Of a DNA stretch of 64,000 nt, positions 46,943 to 55,524 are shown in pieces; position 1 is the stretch's first letter; each line of letters opens with the position of its first letter. Made by a program: the position numbers and the translations under genes. Source of the DNA: an uncultured Alphaproteobacteria bacterium (lineage in GTDB: Bacteria; Pseudomonadota; Alphaproteobacteria; HIMB59; GCA-002718135); the NCBI GenBank assembly GCA_902524385.1, contig CABZCZ010000002.1, positions 38,596 to 102,595 on the forward strand. The letters run 5' to 3'. Under the pieces are notes generated by a model, which ran no database searches, was not told the origin of the DNA, and saw only the letters and a program-made list of their open reading frames with translations.

Positions 46943-48253
46943 ATGGATCCAAAAACTTATAAATTTGACACACTTAGTCTACATGCCGGTTATCAACCGA
47001 GCAAAAATGCTGGTTCAAGACAAGTACCAATTTATCAAACAACTTCATACATGTTTGATGATGTTGATCATGCGGCAGCACTTTTTAATCTAGAAAGAGG
47101 TGGTCATATTTATAGTCGTATGTCCAACCCAACAGTACAAGTTCTAGAAGAAAGAGTTTGTGCACTTGAAGGAGGAACAGCTGCTCTTGCAACTGCTTCA
47201 GGAATGAGTGCAATATTTTTAACTATTATGACTCTTTGTAACGCTGGTGATCACATGGTTGTTTCTTCTCAGCTTTACGGTGGAACAGTAAATTTATTTA
47301 GATTAACGCTTCCTAAGTTTGGTATTAAAACAACTTTTGTAAAACCAAGAGATACAGAAGGTTTTAAAAAAGCTATTCAACCAAATACTAAAGGAATTTT
47401 TGGTGAGCTTGTTGGTAATCCTGGTAATGAATTGATGAATATGCCTGAAGTTTCAAACATAGCAAAAGAAGCTGGCATTCCACTTATTATTGATAGCACG
47501 TATCAAACTCCATATTTATGCCGACCTTTTGAACACGGTGCTGACCTTGTAGTTCACTCATTAACTAAATGGATGAGTGGTAATGGATCTTCTATGGCTG
47601 GTATTTTAGTTGAAGGTGGAACATTTGATTGGATGCAAAATGATAAGTTTCCATCAATGACAGAACCTTATGAAGGCTATCATGGATTATCATTTGCAGA
47701 AGAATTTGGCCCAACAGCATTTACAATGATGGCAAGAGCCGAAGGAATGAGAGACATGGGTCCTTGTTTAGCTCCTCAAAATGCATGGAACATTTTACAC
47801 GGACTTGAAACTCTTTCTCTTCGTATGGAAAAACATTGTTCTAATGCTTTGAAGATGGTTGAGTATTTATCAAATCATGAAAGTGTTGCTTGGGTATCTC
47901 ATGCAAGTGCACCTGGTCATCCAGATAAGGAACTTGCAGAAAAAATTCTACCTAAGGGAACTGGATCAATGATCGCCTTTGGAATTAAAGGTGGGAAAGA
48001 AGCAGGTGCTGCATTTATTAATAATGTTAAGCTTGCATCTCATTTAGCAAATGTAGGTGATGCAAGAACATTAGTTATCCATCCGGCATCAGCAACTCAC
48101 TCACAAATGGATGAGGCTACTCTGAAATTTGCTGGATTATCTCATGATATGATTAGATTATCTGTTGGCTTAGAAGACTTTGAAGATATTGTAAACGATT
48201 TCGAAGATGGATTTAGAGCTGCTAAAAAACCTCGTTTAGTTGCAAACAAATAA
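46943..48253 (+). CDS. metY: O-acetylhomoserine sulfhydrylase / aminocarboxypropyltransferase
   Basis: Cys/Met-metabolism PLP family with HAGYQP, SRMSNPT and PLP-Lys context SLTKWMSG. The start immediately follows the upstream stop. Confidence 0.93.
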   Translation: MDPKTYKFDTLSLHAGYQPSKNAGSRQVPIYQTTSYMFDDVDHAAALFNLERGGHIYSRMSNPTVQVLEERVCALEGGTAALATASGMSAIFLTIMTLCNAGDHMVVSSQLYGGTVNLFRLTLPKFGIKTTFVKPRDTEGFKKAIQPNTKGIFGELVGNPGNELMNMPEVSNIAKEAGIPLIIDSTYQTPYLCRPFEHGADLVVHSLTKWMSGNGSSMAGILVEGGTFDWMQNDKFPSMTEPYEGYHGLSFAEEFGPTAFTMMARAEGMRDMGPCLAPQNAWNILHGLETLSLRMEKHCSNALKMVEYLSNHESVAWVSHASAPGHPDKELAEKILPKGTGSMIAFGIKGGKEAGAAFINNVKLASHLANVGDARTLVIHPASATHSQMDEATLKFAGLSHDMIRLSVGLEDFEDIVNDFEDGFRAAKKPRLVANK

Positions 48254-49069
48254 ATGAAGTTTAAAGTTCGTGGTATCGATACGTTTGCCTCCACTGGAGG
48301 CAGACCTTTTGATAAAAATAAACCTCTTATTATTTTTGTTCACGGTAGTGGACTAAGTCACATGGTTTGGGTTTTACAAACACGTTACTTTGCATTCCGT
48401 GGATACAGTGTTTTAGCAGTTGATTTACCAGGACACGGATTATCTTCTGGTGAAAGTATAAAAACTATTGAAGAAATGGGAAACTGGGTTGGTGATGTTA
48501 TTGGTGCAGTTGGATGTAAAGATGCTTCACTAGTTGGACATTCTCAAGGATGTCTTGTAACAATGGAATGTGTTGCTCAACACCCAGAAAAAATTAAAAC
48601 GTTAACTCTTATGGGGGGCGCATCTGCAATTCCAATGAACCCCGAACTATTAAGGCTTGCTGAAGAGAGCAATCCTAAGGCTGTTGATCTTATGATGGAT
48701 TTTGCGCATGGCCCTGCAGGACATTTTGGCGGTCATCCTGTTCCCGGTTTATATCACCTAAATGTTGGCTCTATGATTGTTCAAAATAAAGAGATTAAAA
48801 ATACCTTAGGTGTGGATTTTAGAGCATGCGATAATTATAAAAACGGACCTGAGATTGCTAAAAAATTAGATTTACCAACTCTTTCTATATTAGGTGCAGA
48901 AGATAGAATGTGCCGTTTAAAAGATGGAAAAATTCTTGCTGATTATATTAAAGGTTCGGAAGTAAAGATTATTGAAGATTGTGGCCATATGATGCTCCTA
49001 GAAGAAGCAGATCAAACATTAGAAATTCTAAAGAAATTTATAGCCGAACATTATCCTTTACCTAATTAG
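48254..49069 (+). CDS. alpha/beta hydrolase
   Basis: HGSG oxyanion region, GHSQGC nucleophile elbow, late GHMMLLE His. The start abuts the metY stop (TAAATG). Confidence 0.8.
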   Translation: MKFKVRGIDTFASTGGRPFDKNKPLIIFVHGSGLSHMVWVLQTRYFAFRGYSVLAVDLPGHGLSSGESIKTIEEMGNWVGDVIGAVGCKDASLVGHSQGCLVTMECVAQHPEKIKTLTLMGGASAIPMNPELLRLAEESNPKAVDLMMDFAHGPAGHFGGHPVPGLYHLNVGSMIVQNKEIKNTLGVDFRACDNYKNGPEIAKKLDLPTLSILGAEDRMCRLKDGKILADYIKGSEVKIIEDCGHMMLLEEADQTLEILKKFIAEHYPLPN

Positions 49070-49107
49070 TAAATTTTAAAAATTTTTAGTAATAAATATT
49101 TCTGCTT

Positions 49108-49290
49108 TTACTGATTTTCTTCTTTATCAGGCCTTGTAAGCTCTTCAAGTTTACGCATTTCCTCTTCCATTTTAAGCTTTTCTTGTTCTTCACGTTTCTT
49201 TTTGCGCTCTTCAGCTTTCATTTTTAGCTTAAGCTCTTTCTGCATTTTGCGGTCTCCCGCTTTAGATTTGTGATTGAAGTGAATGCCCAT
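49108..49290 (-). CDS. small K/E-rich hypothetical protein
   Basis: 60-aa ORF with a coiled-coil-like charged repeat (KLKMKAEERKKKREEQEKLKMEEEMRKLEE). No family was recognised, and low complexity leaves coding status uncertain. Confidence 0.4.
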   Translation of the reverse strand: MGIHFNHKSKAGDRKMQKELKLKMKAEERKKKREEQEKLKMEEEMRKLEELTRPDKEENQ

Positions 49291-49344
49291 ATAAACCTGT
49301 CGATTGTATACTAAATATTACAAAATTTTTCTAGAGTCTAAATG

Positions 49345-49539
49345 CTAATTTCTTGCCAGCCAGACAATTATCACAAAAACAAATATAGCTATTGCTTGAA
49401 AAAGTACCCTTAGACGCATTAGTTTGTTACTGTGATTTTTATTAAGTTTTCCATTTACTGCCATGGCTATAACCCCAATAACTACAACTGCGAGAGTTGC
49501 AGCCATAAATAAAACAAGTACTATCTGCATTGTGCTCAT
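49345..49539 (-). CDS. twin-transmembrane-helix small protein (HIG1-like)
   Basis: 64 aa from ATG 49539. Two TM helices are joined by ..NKLMRLRVLFQAIAI.., the pattern of alphaproteobacterial HIG1-domain proteins. The longer ORF-track start adds a non-conserved leader. Confidence 0.7.
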   Translation of the reverse strand: MSTMQIVLVLFMAATLAVVVIGVIAMAVNGKLNKNHSNKLMRLRVLFQAIAIFVFVIIVWLARN

Positions 49540-49597
49540 ATTTATATCTATATAAAACTTTTCTTGAACGAAGCAAGAATTCATACATAAGATCAAT

Positions 49598-50272
49598 ATG
49601 GATAATATATTAGTAGGCCCATCAATATCAAAACACGACAAACCTAAGAAATTAATGATAATGCTTCATGGATATGGTGATAATGCTGCTAATTTTATTC
49701 ATTTAGCAGAACCTCTAGATCAAGATGAATGGGCAATGCACTATGTTGCTTTAAATGCACCAAATATTATGCCTGGCAACCCAATGGGTTATCAATGGTT
49801 TGATTTATACCTGAATGGTGTTTATATTTCTGATATTGGTCCAAAAGAATTTGAAAATGTTAGAAATTTAATAAATGAAAATGTTAAAAAAATTTCTAAC
49901 ACAATATCTCTACTTACAAATGATTTAAATATTGAGATGAGTGATTGTTTTGTTATGGGCTTTTCCCAAGGAGGAATAATGGCATTTGAATTGGGTCAAT
50001 TTCTTAATAAAAAATTAGCTGGCATAGCAATTATTTCTTCAAGAATAATTTCAAGAGAATTTGTTCCTAAAAATTCATTTTTAGAAACCCCAATATTTAT
50101 TTCACATGGTGGATTAGATAATGTATTGCCTATTTCAAATTTCAATGAATCAGTTGAAATATTAAAAAAAAATAATTTCAAATTTGAATCTTACCTTTTA
50201 CCAAATGATGAGCATACTATGTCGCAAGAAACAATAACTTTATTCCAAAATTTTATAAAAAAAAATATTTAA
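49598..50272 (+). CDS. phospholipase/carboxylesterase-family hydrolase
   Basis: LMIMLHGYGDN, GFSQGG nucleophile elbow, late HG.LD and H residues. Confidence 0.82.
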   Translation: MDNILVGPSISKHDKPKKLMIMLHGYGDNAANFIHLAEPLDQDEWAMHYVALNAPNIMPGNPMGYQWFDLYLNGVYISDIGPKEFENVRNLINENVKKISNTISLLTNDLNIEMSDCFVMGFSQGGIMAFELGQFLNKKLAGIAIISSRIISREFVPKNSFLETPIFISHGGLDNVLPISNFNESVEILKKNNFKFESYLLPNDEHTMSQETITLFQNFIKKNI

Positions 50273-50336
50273 AGTAATCGAATCTTAATATTATATCACT
50301 ATTTGAATAATATGACTTGGGTGAGTAGAAACTAAA

Positions 50337-50891
50337 ATGAGTATCGCAGAAAATCCAGCTTTGGTACTTAATGCTGATTTTCGGCCGCTATCTTATTACC
50401 CACTTTCCCTATGTTCATGGCAAGATGCAATCAAAGCTGTTTTTCTAGAAAGAGTTTCAGTAATCGAAAATTACGAGCATGAAGTTCATTCTCCAAATCT
50501 TACTTTTAAGTTACCAAGTGTTATTGCTTTAAAAGATTATGTAACTCCACAGCGAAGACCTGCCTTCACTCGTTTTAATGTATTTTTAAGAGATAACTTT
50601 ACTTGTCAGTATTGTACTAATCGTTTTCCAGCAAACGAACTAACATTTGATCATTTAGTACCAAAATGTTTGAATGGAAAAACTACATGGGAGAATGTCG
50701 TTTCTGCATGCACATCTTGTAATTTAAAAAAAGGACGAAAATTAATCCACAATACAGATATGAAACTTTTTAAAAAACCTCTTCGACCATCATCAATTCA
50801 ACTACAAAATAATGGAAGAAATTTTCCTCCCAATTTTTTACATGAGACTTGGAGAGATTATTTGTATTGGGATACAGAATTAGAAAATTAA
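50337..50891 (+). CDS. HNH endonuclease-domain protein
   Basis: CQYC...FDHLVPKCLNGKTTWENVVSACTSCNLKKG (HNH with flanking Cys pairs). Confidence 0.85.
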   Translation: MSIAENPALVLNADFRPLSYYPLSLCSWQDAIKAVFLERVSVIENYEHEVHSPNLTFKLPSVIALKDYVTPQRRPAFTRFNVFLRDNFTCQYCTNRFPANELTFDHLVPKCLNGKTTWENVVSACTSCNLKKGRKLIHNTDMKLFKKPLRPSSIQLQNNGRNFPPNFLHETWRDYLYWDTELEN

Positions 50892-51457
50892 ATTTTTTTT
50901 GAAATTGCAATTGCAGTTTTACATCCAAGCTCAATTACTTTTGACATAATTTTATAACCCGGAGCGCTTTCTGCATCATGCTCTATTCCTATATCATGAT
51001 GTTCTAATTCATCATCTCGGAATTTAGAAATTGTTTTTTTTAAATCTTTATGATCATCACCTAAAAGATCCAATTGTTCTTGATAATGTTCACCAATAAC
51101 TTTTTCAACAGCAACTGTACAAGCCATTGCAGCTTTTTCACCCATTAAGGCAGTAGAGGCTCCAAGAGCAAAGCCAGCTACATTCCATAATGGTAGTAGA
51201 GCAGTTGGTCTAACACGATGTTCTAATATTAACTCATTAAACTTATCAATGTGTTCTTGCTCCTGATCAGCCATATGTTGAATTGTTTTTCCAAGTTTCG
51301 AGTTTTTCCCAAATATTGCTATTTGACCATCATAAATTTTAGTAGCTCCATATTCACCAGCATGATCAACTCTTATGATTTCTTCTAAAATTTCTCTATG
51401 GGTTATTTTACCTGGTGTAAATTTTTTTTTATATGTTTTTTTCTTTTTTAAAACCAT
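50888..51457 (-). CDS. coq7: demethoxyubiquinone hydroxylase (COQ7 family)
   Basis: Di-iron ExxH motifs (RVDHAGEYGA.., EQEH, DELEHH). Start taken at ATG 51457. The stop overlaps the HNH gene stop (TTAA). Confidence 0.88.
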   Translation of the reverse strand: MVLKKKKTYKKKFTPGKITHREILEEIIRVDHAGEYGATKIYDGQIAIFGKNSKLGKTIQHMADQEQEHIDKFNELILEHRVRPTALLPLWNVAGFALGASTALMGEKAAMACTVAVEKVIGEHYQEQLDLLGDDHKDLKKTISKFRDDELEHHDIGIEHDAESAPGYKIMSKVIELGCKTAIAISKKI

Positions 51458-51923
51458 TGTTTCTATACAAATAAATAGCATTAAAAATAAAAATAACTAG
51501 TAAAACAATTGTATTAATTGTAGCAGCAGAAATACCAAAAAAACTCCAAATAACTTCATCGCAACTGATCACTTGCTTTGATAATATCTGCGCTTTAAGG
51601 TCTGAAGCACTTTCACTGCTTGTCAGCATTACTGAACAACCTGCTGGTCCTTTAAGAATTTTATTTTCTACTCCTACGTGCCATATAGAATAAAAAAGTC
51701 CGTATACTAATGCAAATTGAATTATTATGTAAGGCCAGATTTTAATTAAATTTTTCAACAGAAATATGAAAACCAAACATATTAAAATTAAATAATATGG
51801 ATGTCTTTGCTTTAAACATAACTCACACGGTTGAAGATTAAAAAAATATTCAGCAACTAATGCTGATGATATTGAGATAAACGATATTACAAATAGAAGC
51901 GTAGTCCAATTACGAATTATCAT
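51429..51923 (-). CDS. disulfide bond formation protein (DsbB family)
   Basis: Four TM segments, PCELCLKQR first Cys pair and a second periplasmic Cys pair (GCS...SCD). Confidence 0.82.
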   Translation of the reverse strand: MIIRNWTTLLFVISFISISSALVAEYFFNLQPCELCLKQRHPYYLILICLVFIFLLKNLIKIWPYIIIQFALVYGLFYSIWHVGVENKILKGPAGCSVMLTSSESASDLKAQILSKQVISCDEVIWSFFGISAATINTIVLLVIFIFNAIYLYRNNGFKKEKNI

Positions 51924-52510
51924 ATAAATCTAATTATAAAAACACTTCCAATAAGTAAAATAAAAAATAAAATAGTTAAAATATTAAAATATTTATCGAT
52001 AATTAATTTAATTTTTTCGCTAAAAAAGTATAAAAGTATTGCTATCAAATAAAACCTTGATCCTCGACCAATAATAGAAATAATTATAAATAAAAAAATA
52101 TTTAGTCCAAATACACCACTTGCAATTGTAATAAACTTATATGGAAAGGGTGTTAAACCAGCACCTAAAACAATTAAAATACCAAATTCTTTGTAGTAAT
52201 TTTCAAAAACGCTAAAAGAATTTTCTAAATGATAAAACTCAACAATGTAAATACCTAATGAATTATAAAAAAAATATCCTATTGCATATCCTAATATTCC
52301 ACCAAGAACCGAAAAGATGGTGCAAATAAATGCATAAAATAAAGCCCTTGCTTTAGAAGCTAAAGCCATTGGTATTAGAATTATGTCAGGTGGGATTGGA
52401 AAAAATGAACTTTCTGCAAACGAAATTAGACTTAAATACCATTTTGCATTTTTATGCTCAGCTTTTTTTAATGTCCAATTATAGATATTTCTAAGAAAAT
52501 TCATTACCAT
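51920..52510 (-). CDS. DedA/SNARE-associated family membrane protein
   Basis: Polytopic membrane protein with F.ESSFFPIPPD and GRG.RFY motifs. Start trimmed to ATG 52510, because the longer ORF would run through the tRNA gene. Confidence 0.8.
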   Translation of the reverse strand: MVMNFLRNIYNWTLKKAEHKNAKWYLSLISFAESSFFPIPPDIILIPMALASKARALFYAFICTIFSVLGGILGYAIGYFFYNSLGIYIVEFYHLENSFSVFENYYKEFGILIVLGAGLTPFPYKFITIASGVFGLNIFLFIIISIIGRGSRFYLIAILLYFFSEKIKLIIDKYFNILTILFFILLIGSVFIIRFI

Positions 52511-52516
52511 TAATCT

Positions 52517-52601
52517 TGGTAGGAGTAGAGGGAATCGAACCCACACCACCGAAGTGACCGGATTTTGAATCCGGCGCGTCTACCAGTTCCGCCATACTCC
52601 C
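52517..52601 (-). tRNA. tRNA-Leu (anticodon CAA)
   Basis: The minus strand reads GGGAGTATGGCGGAACTGGTAGACGCGCCGGATTCAAAATCCGGTCACTTCGGTGGTGTGGGTTCGATTCCCTCTACTCCTACCA. It has a 7-bp acceptor stem (G1-U72 wobble), a D arm and a CCGGA/TCCGG anticodon stem with loop TTCAAAA. It also has a long variable arm with a UUCG loop, a TTCGATT T-loop and an encoded CCA. Confidence 0.93.
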
Positions 52602-52602
52602 A
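52540..52602. repeat. left copy of a perfect 63-bp direct repeat (tRNA-Leu positions 1-62 plus 1 upstream nt)
   Basis: Base-for-base identical to 55525-55587 by manual comparison. Confidence 0.95.
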
Positions 52603-52774
52603 AATTATTTTTCTAAGTATTACTTGGTTTTCAAAGTTAAGTCTATCAGCTTATTTGTATAAAATAGAAATATAGGACAACAAAAGGCCAACAAGAAAAA
52701 TTGAAATTATTTTAAGATAATTCCTATTATCAGAGCCCTTAACAATCTCATTGGTTGGTGGTAGGATAATCTTG

Positions 52775-53110
52775 ATGAAAGAAATACCTTATATAATTTT
52801 ATATATTGGTTCTCCAATAATATTAGGATCAATAGCTTTTATTTTTTTCCCTCAAATTAATGGGCATGTAATTAATTATATTTGTGAAGGAAATTTTAGA
52901 AACTGTCTTCCTGGACAAGATGACAATATAAGTTTTTTTCAAAAAATCCCTTTTTGGTTAGGTTTTGTTTGTCTATTTTGTTTTTACGTTTGTTATAAAA
53001 TTTTTAAGGAAAATAAAATTGTAGGTTTATTTATATATTGTACTTTAGGACTTGGTAGTTTTCTATTATTTGTATTTTATGCTTATAATGTCTTATCAAA
53101 TTATGTGTAA
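52775..53110 (+). CDS. hypothetical membrane protein
   Basis: ORF with 3 predicted TM segments. ATG 52775 is preferred over the TTG at 52751. No family recognised. Confidence 0.6.
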   Translation: MKEIPYIILYIGSPIILGSIAFIFFPQINGHVINYICEGNFRNCLPGQDDNISFFQKIPFWLGFVCLFCFYVCYKIFKENKIVGLFIYCTLGLGSFLLFVFYAYNVLSNYV

Positions 53111-53112
53111 TT

Positions 53113-53538
53113 ATGAACTTAGAAAAAATATTTAAAAATACAATATTACTTTATTTTTTATCAACTGTTGTCTTTCTGGTTATCAGTTTTACGTTAGAAA
53201 AAAACTTTCTAGGAGAAGAATTATACCTTATTGATTCAGAAATAGATCTTTTTATTATACCCGCTTTAGAAGAATCAATATTTATACTTATATGGTTTTT
53301 GGTAGCTTTAATTGCTTTTACTATAAATATTCTATCTCTTTATTTTTTATATTATTTCAAACCTATAGGAAAAAAACTATATATTTATAGCTTAATCGTA
53401 CTCTTCATATTATTTATTTTTGATAAGGGTGACGTTATAAGTGGCCCTCTTCAATTAATGGATTATTTTGGATCACTACTTGAAGGTATAATTATATGCT
53501 TTCTATACTTCACTCCAATTAAAGAAAAGTTTAATTAA
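53113..53538 (+). CDS. hypothetical membrane protein
   Basis: 141 aa and about 4 TM segments. It starts 2 nt after the upstream stop. No family recognised. Confidence 0.6.
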   Translation: MNLEKIFKNTILLYFLSTVVFLVISFTLEKNFLGEELYLIDSEIDLFIIPALEESIFILIWFLVALIAFTINILSLYFLYYFKPIGKKLYIYSLIVLFILFIFDKGDVISGPLQLMDYFGSLLEGIIICFLYFTPIKEKFN

Positions 53539-53691
53539 ATGGGTTTTTCAAAAGTCCCCGTACATATTTTTGAAATATTAAAAGGAGAAAAGGATGTATC
53601 TCTAATTGATTATCTTATAGCAGTTGTAATAGTCTTTATATTTTGTTGGGTAATATATGGAATACTTACTTTGTTTGATAAAAAAAAATAA
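53539..53691 (+). CDS. possible 50-aa single-pass membrane peptide
   Basis: The ATG directly abuts the upstream TAA (TAAATG). Product is MGFSKVPVHIFEILKGEKDVSLIDYLIAVVIVFIFCWVIYGILTLFDKKK. It is below the ORF-track cut-off. Confidence 0.35.
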   Translation: MGFSKVPVHIFEILKGEKDVSLIDYLIAVVIVFIFCWVIYGILTLFDKKK

Positions 53692-53706
53692 ATTTGTAAA
53701 TATTTT

Positions 53707-54978
53707 ATGAAAAGAGCTAAGAAAAATCAAAAGGACAAAGAAAAAATTTTAATAGTAGATTCTATTGTTGAAAATGGATCATATTTAGAAGAATCATTAA
53801 ATTTTAATAAATTTATTAAAAGAGAAAAATCTTCCCTTGGTTATAAAACAATAAAATCTGAAGATAAAATTAATGGATATGATAGGGCTTTTTTTGAAAC
53901 ATTAAAAAATGATAAGGCTAAATGTTTTTTTGCCAACAATTATAGATTTTTAGAAATAGGTGAATTTATCGATGGGAAGTTAGATGGCATAGGTGGAATT
54001 TATTTGTACGATTATGTTAATAAAGATGAGTACGAATTTGTTTTTTTATTTGGACGTTTTAAAAGCGGTTTACCCCATAAAACTCTTTATTTTTATTCAA
54101 GTTATGGAGATGAAAAAGATAGTCATATTAGAATGGACTGGGAAATGGGTGAACTTATTTCAATTAATAAAGATTCTAGGAATGCAAAGGAAGAATTGTG
54201 GAATAAAAGTTTTATGAAATCTAATTTATTTTATTATCCTGATAATAAAATATTATTAAATAAAAAAAATTTTAAGAACAAAGAATGGTGGGGAGAGTAT
54301 AAAAACTTATATTTAACAAATGTTAGACCTAAACATAATTATACTAAAGAAGATAAAATAAATCAGATAAATGAATTTATAAAAAACGGAAAAAATTTAG
54401 AGGAACAATTTATAGAAGCTCCTGTAAAAATTAATCCAACCTCTATTTTCGGACACAAAAATTTTTTTTTAGATAAAGTATTTGGGAAATTTATTGGTTA
54501 TGACAGAGGTTTCTATAAAACACTTAAAAATGACAAAGCTAAAGAACAATTTGCAAATTACTATAGAAAACTAGAGATCGGAGAATTTAAAAATCACAAA
54601 TTACATGGACTGGGTGGGAGATATTTATATGATTATCAAAATAGTCCAAGCTTAGTAATCTTATGGGGAAATTTTTTAAATGGTTATTTAGATGGTAGAG
54701 TTCAATATATAACTGAAAATGATAAAGAAGGTATAATTGTATATCTTTCATTTTGGTCAAAAGGTGAATTAATCAAGCTTGAAAAGAGAGACAAGGAACA
54801 CGCTATTGAAATAAGTAAAGACTATTATGTTAACCCCTGGGCATGTCTAAACATATATAAAGGTGTCGGAATAATTGAAGAAGATTACTATGAAGAGCTT
54901 TTAAAAGAAGATGAAATGGGTTTTTTAGATGCAGTGGATTGGTGGGACGAATACAAGGAAAATTATCAAAAATGGTAG
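53707..54978 (+). CDS. two-module repeat protein with MORN-like motifs
   Basis: Internal duplication: aa 55-152 (INGYDRAFFETLKNDKAK..LEIGEF.DGKLDGIGG.YLYDY) matches aa 262-358 (FIGYDRGFYKTLKNDKAK..LEIGEFKNHKLHGLGGRYLYDY). Each module ends in a WW(G/D)EYKxxY motif. Confidence 0.75.
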   Translation: MKRAKKNQKDKEKILIVDSIVENGSYLEESLNFNKFIKREKSSLGYKTIKSEDKINGYDRAFFETLKNDKAKCFFANNYRFLEIGEFIDGKLDGIGGIYLYDYVNKDEYEFVFLFGRFKSGLPHKTLYFYSSYGDEKDSHIRMDWEMGELISINKDSRNAKEELWNKSFMKSNLFYYPDNKILLNKKNFKNKEWWGEYKNLYLTNVRPKHNYTKEDKINQINEFIKNGKNLEEQFIEAPVKINPTSIFGHKNFFLDKVFGKFIGYDRGFYKTLKNDKAKEQFANYYRKLEIGEFKNHKLHGLGGRYLYDYQNSPSLVILWGNFLNGYLDGRVQYITENDKEGIIVYLSFWSKGELIKLEKRDKEHAIEISKDYYVNPWACLNIYKGVGIIEEDYYEELLKEDEMGFLDAVDWWDEYKENYQKW

Positions 54979-55023
54979 ATTAAATTATTTTTATATTTAA
55001 CATAAAAACTACAAAAAATTATT

Positions 55024-55404
55024 ATGAATTTATCTAAATTACTAAAAGAAAAAAAGGAAAATTACTATTCAGCAATACTTTCTTTAGTAGATAAACAGAT
55101 TTATCAAATCATGATGGATTTGGAAAATAAAAGAACAGAAAAATATAAAAGTCATGACTCTAATATTTTGAGTCATGAAATAATTGGTATTGGAGAAGTT
55201 TTAAAATTGCCTCACATTGAACATTTTGAAAAAATAATAGAAACTAGAGAGTCATATTTAGAACTACTAAAAATGTGTAATGAAAAAAATTTTAAATTAG
55301 AAATAAAAGAAACAAATGTAGGTTATGAAAATCCTGATAATTATCATATCTTAGAACCTACATTAGAAACTTTTAAAATTATTATGACTCCTTTTGAGGC
55401 ATAA
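55024..55404 (+). CDS. hypothetical protein
   Basis: 126-aa soluble, charged ORF. No family recognised. Confidence 0.55.
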   Translation: MNLSKLLKEKKENYYSAILSLVDKQIYQIMMDLENKRTEKYKSHDSNILSHEIIGIGEVLKLPHIEHFEKIIETRESYLELLKMCNEKNFKLEIKETNVGYENPDNYHILEPTLETFKIIMTPFEA

Positions 55405-55445
55405 TCATTAGCTAAATTTACAGTTACTTCATTACAAAAATAACA

Positions 55446-55467
55446 GGTCAACAAATGGTCAACAAAT
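55446..55467. repeat. perfect tandem 11-bp repeat GGTCAACAAAT x2
   Basis: Read directly. Related tandem pairs occur at 52675-52696 and 55661-55681. Confidence 0.9.
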
Positions 55468-55524
55468 TTTATATGAAAATTATTTTAGGAATATTTTTTG
55501 GCTGTACAGTTAGCATTAATAATG

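Larger units (their letters stand above)
52602..55524. other. flexible cassette of about 2.9 kb bounded by tRNA-Leu-derived direct repeats (no integrase)
   Basis: It lies between the intact tRNA-Leu and its 5' fragment. All ORFs are on the + strand and none has a recognisable family. It looks more A+T-rich by eye than the backbone. Confidence 0.5.

Noticed and set aside
49070-49107. A/T-only palindrome AAATTTTAAAAATTT between convergent genes as a bidirectional terminator
   Set aside because: The stem consists only of A-U pairs with a 1-nt loop and would not be stable. It is likely a compositional coincidence.
50273-50336. AATATTAT/ATAATAT inverted repeat after the carboxylesterase gene as a terminator
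   Set aside because: It is a 7-bp all-A/T stem without a following U-tract of note, which is insufficient.
52511-52549. N-terminal extension of the DedA ORF (MVWVRFPLLLPRL..)
   Set aside because: It would be translated through the tRNA-Leu gene. An internal ATG at 52510 gives a normal DedA N-terminus.
53993-54217. 74-aa alternative-frame ORF inside the repeat-protein gene, and the 58612-58800 ORF inside the first SDR gene
   Set aside because: Both are same-strand out-of-frame ORFs nested in longer ORFs that carry clear repeat or domain signatures.
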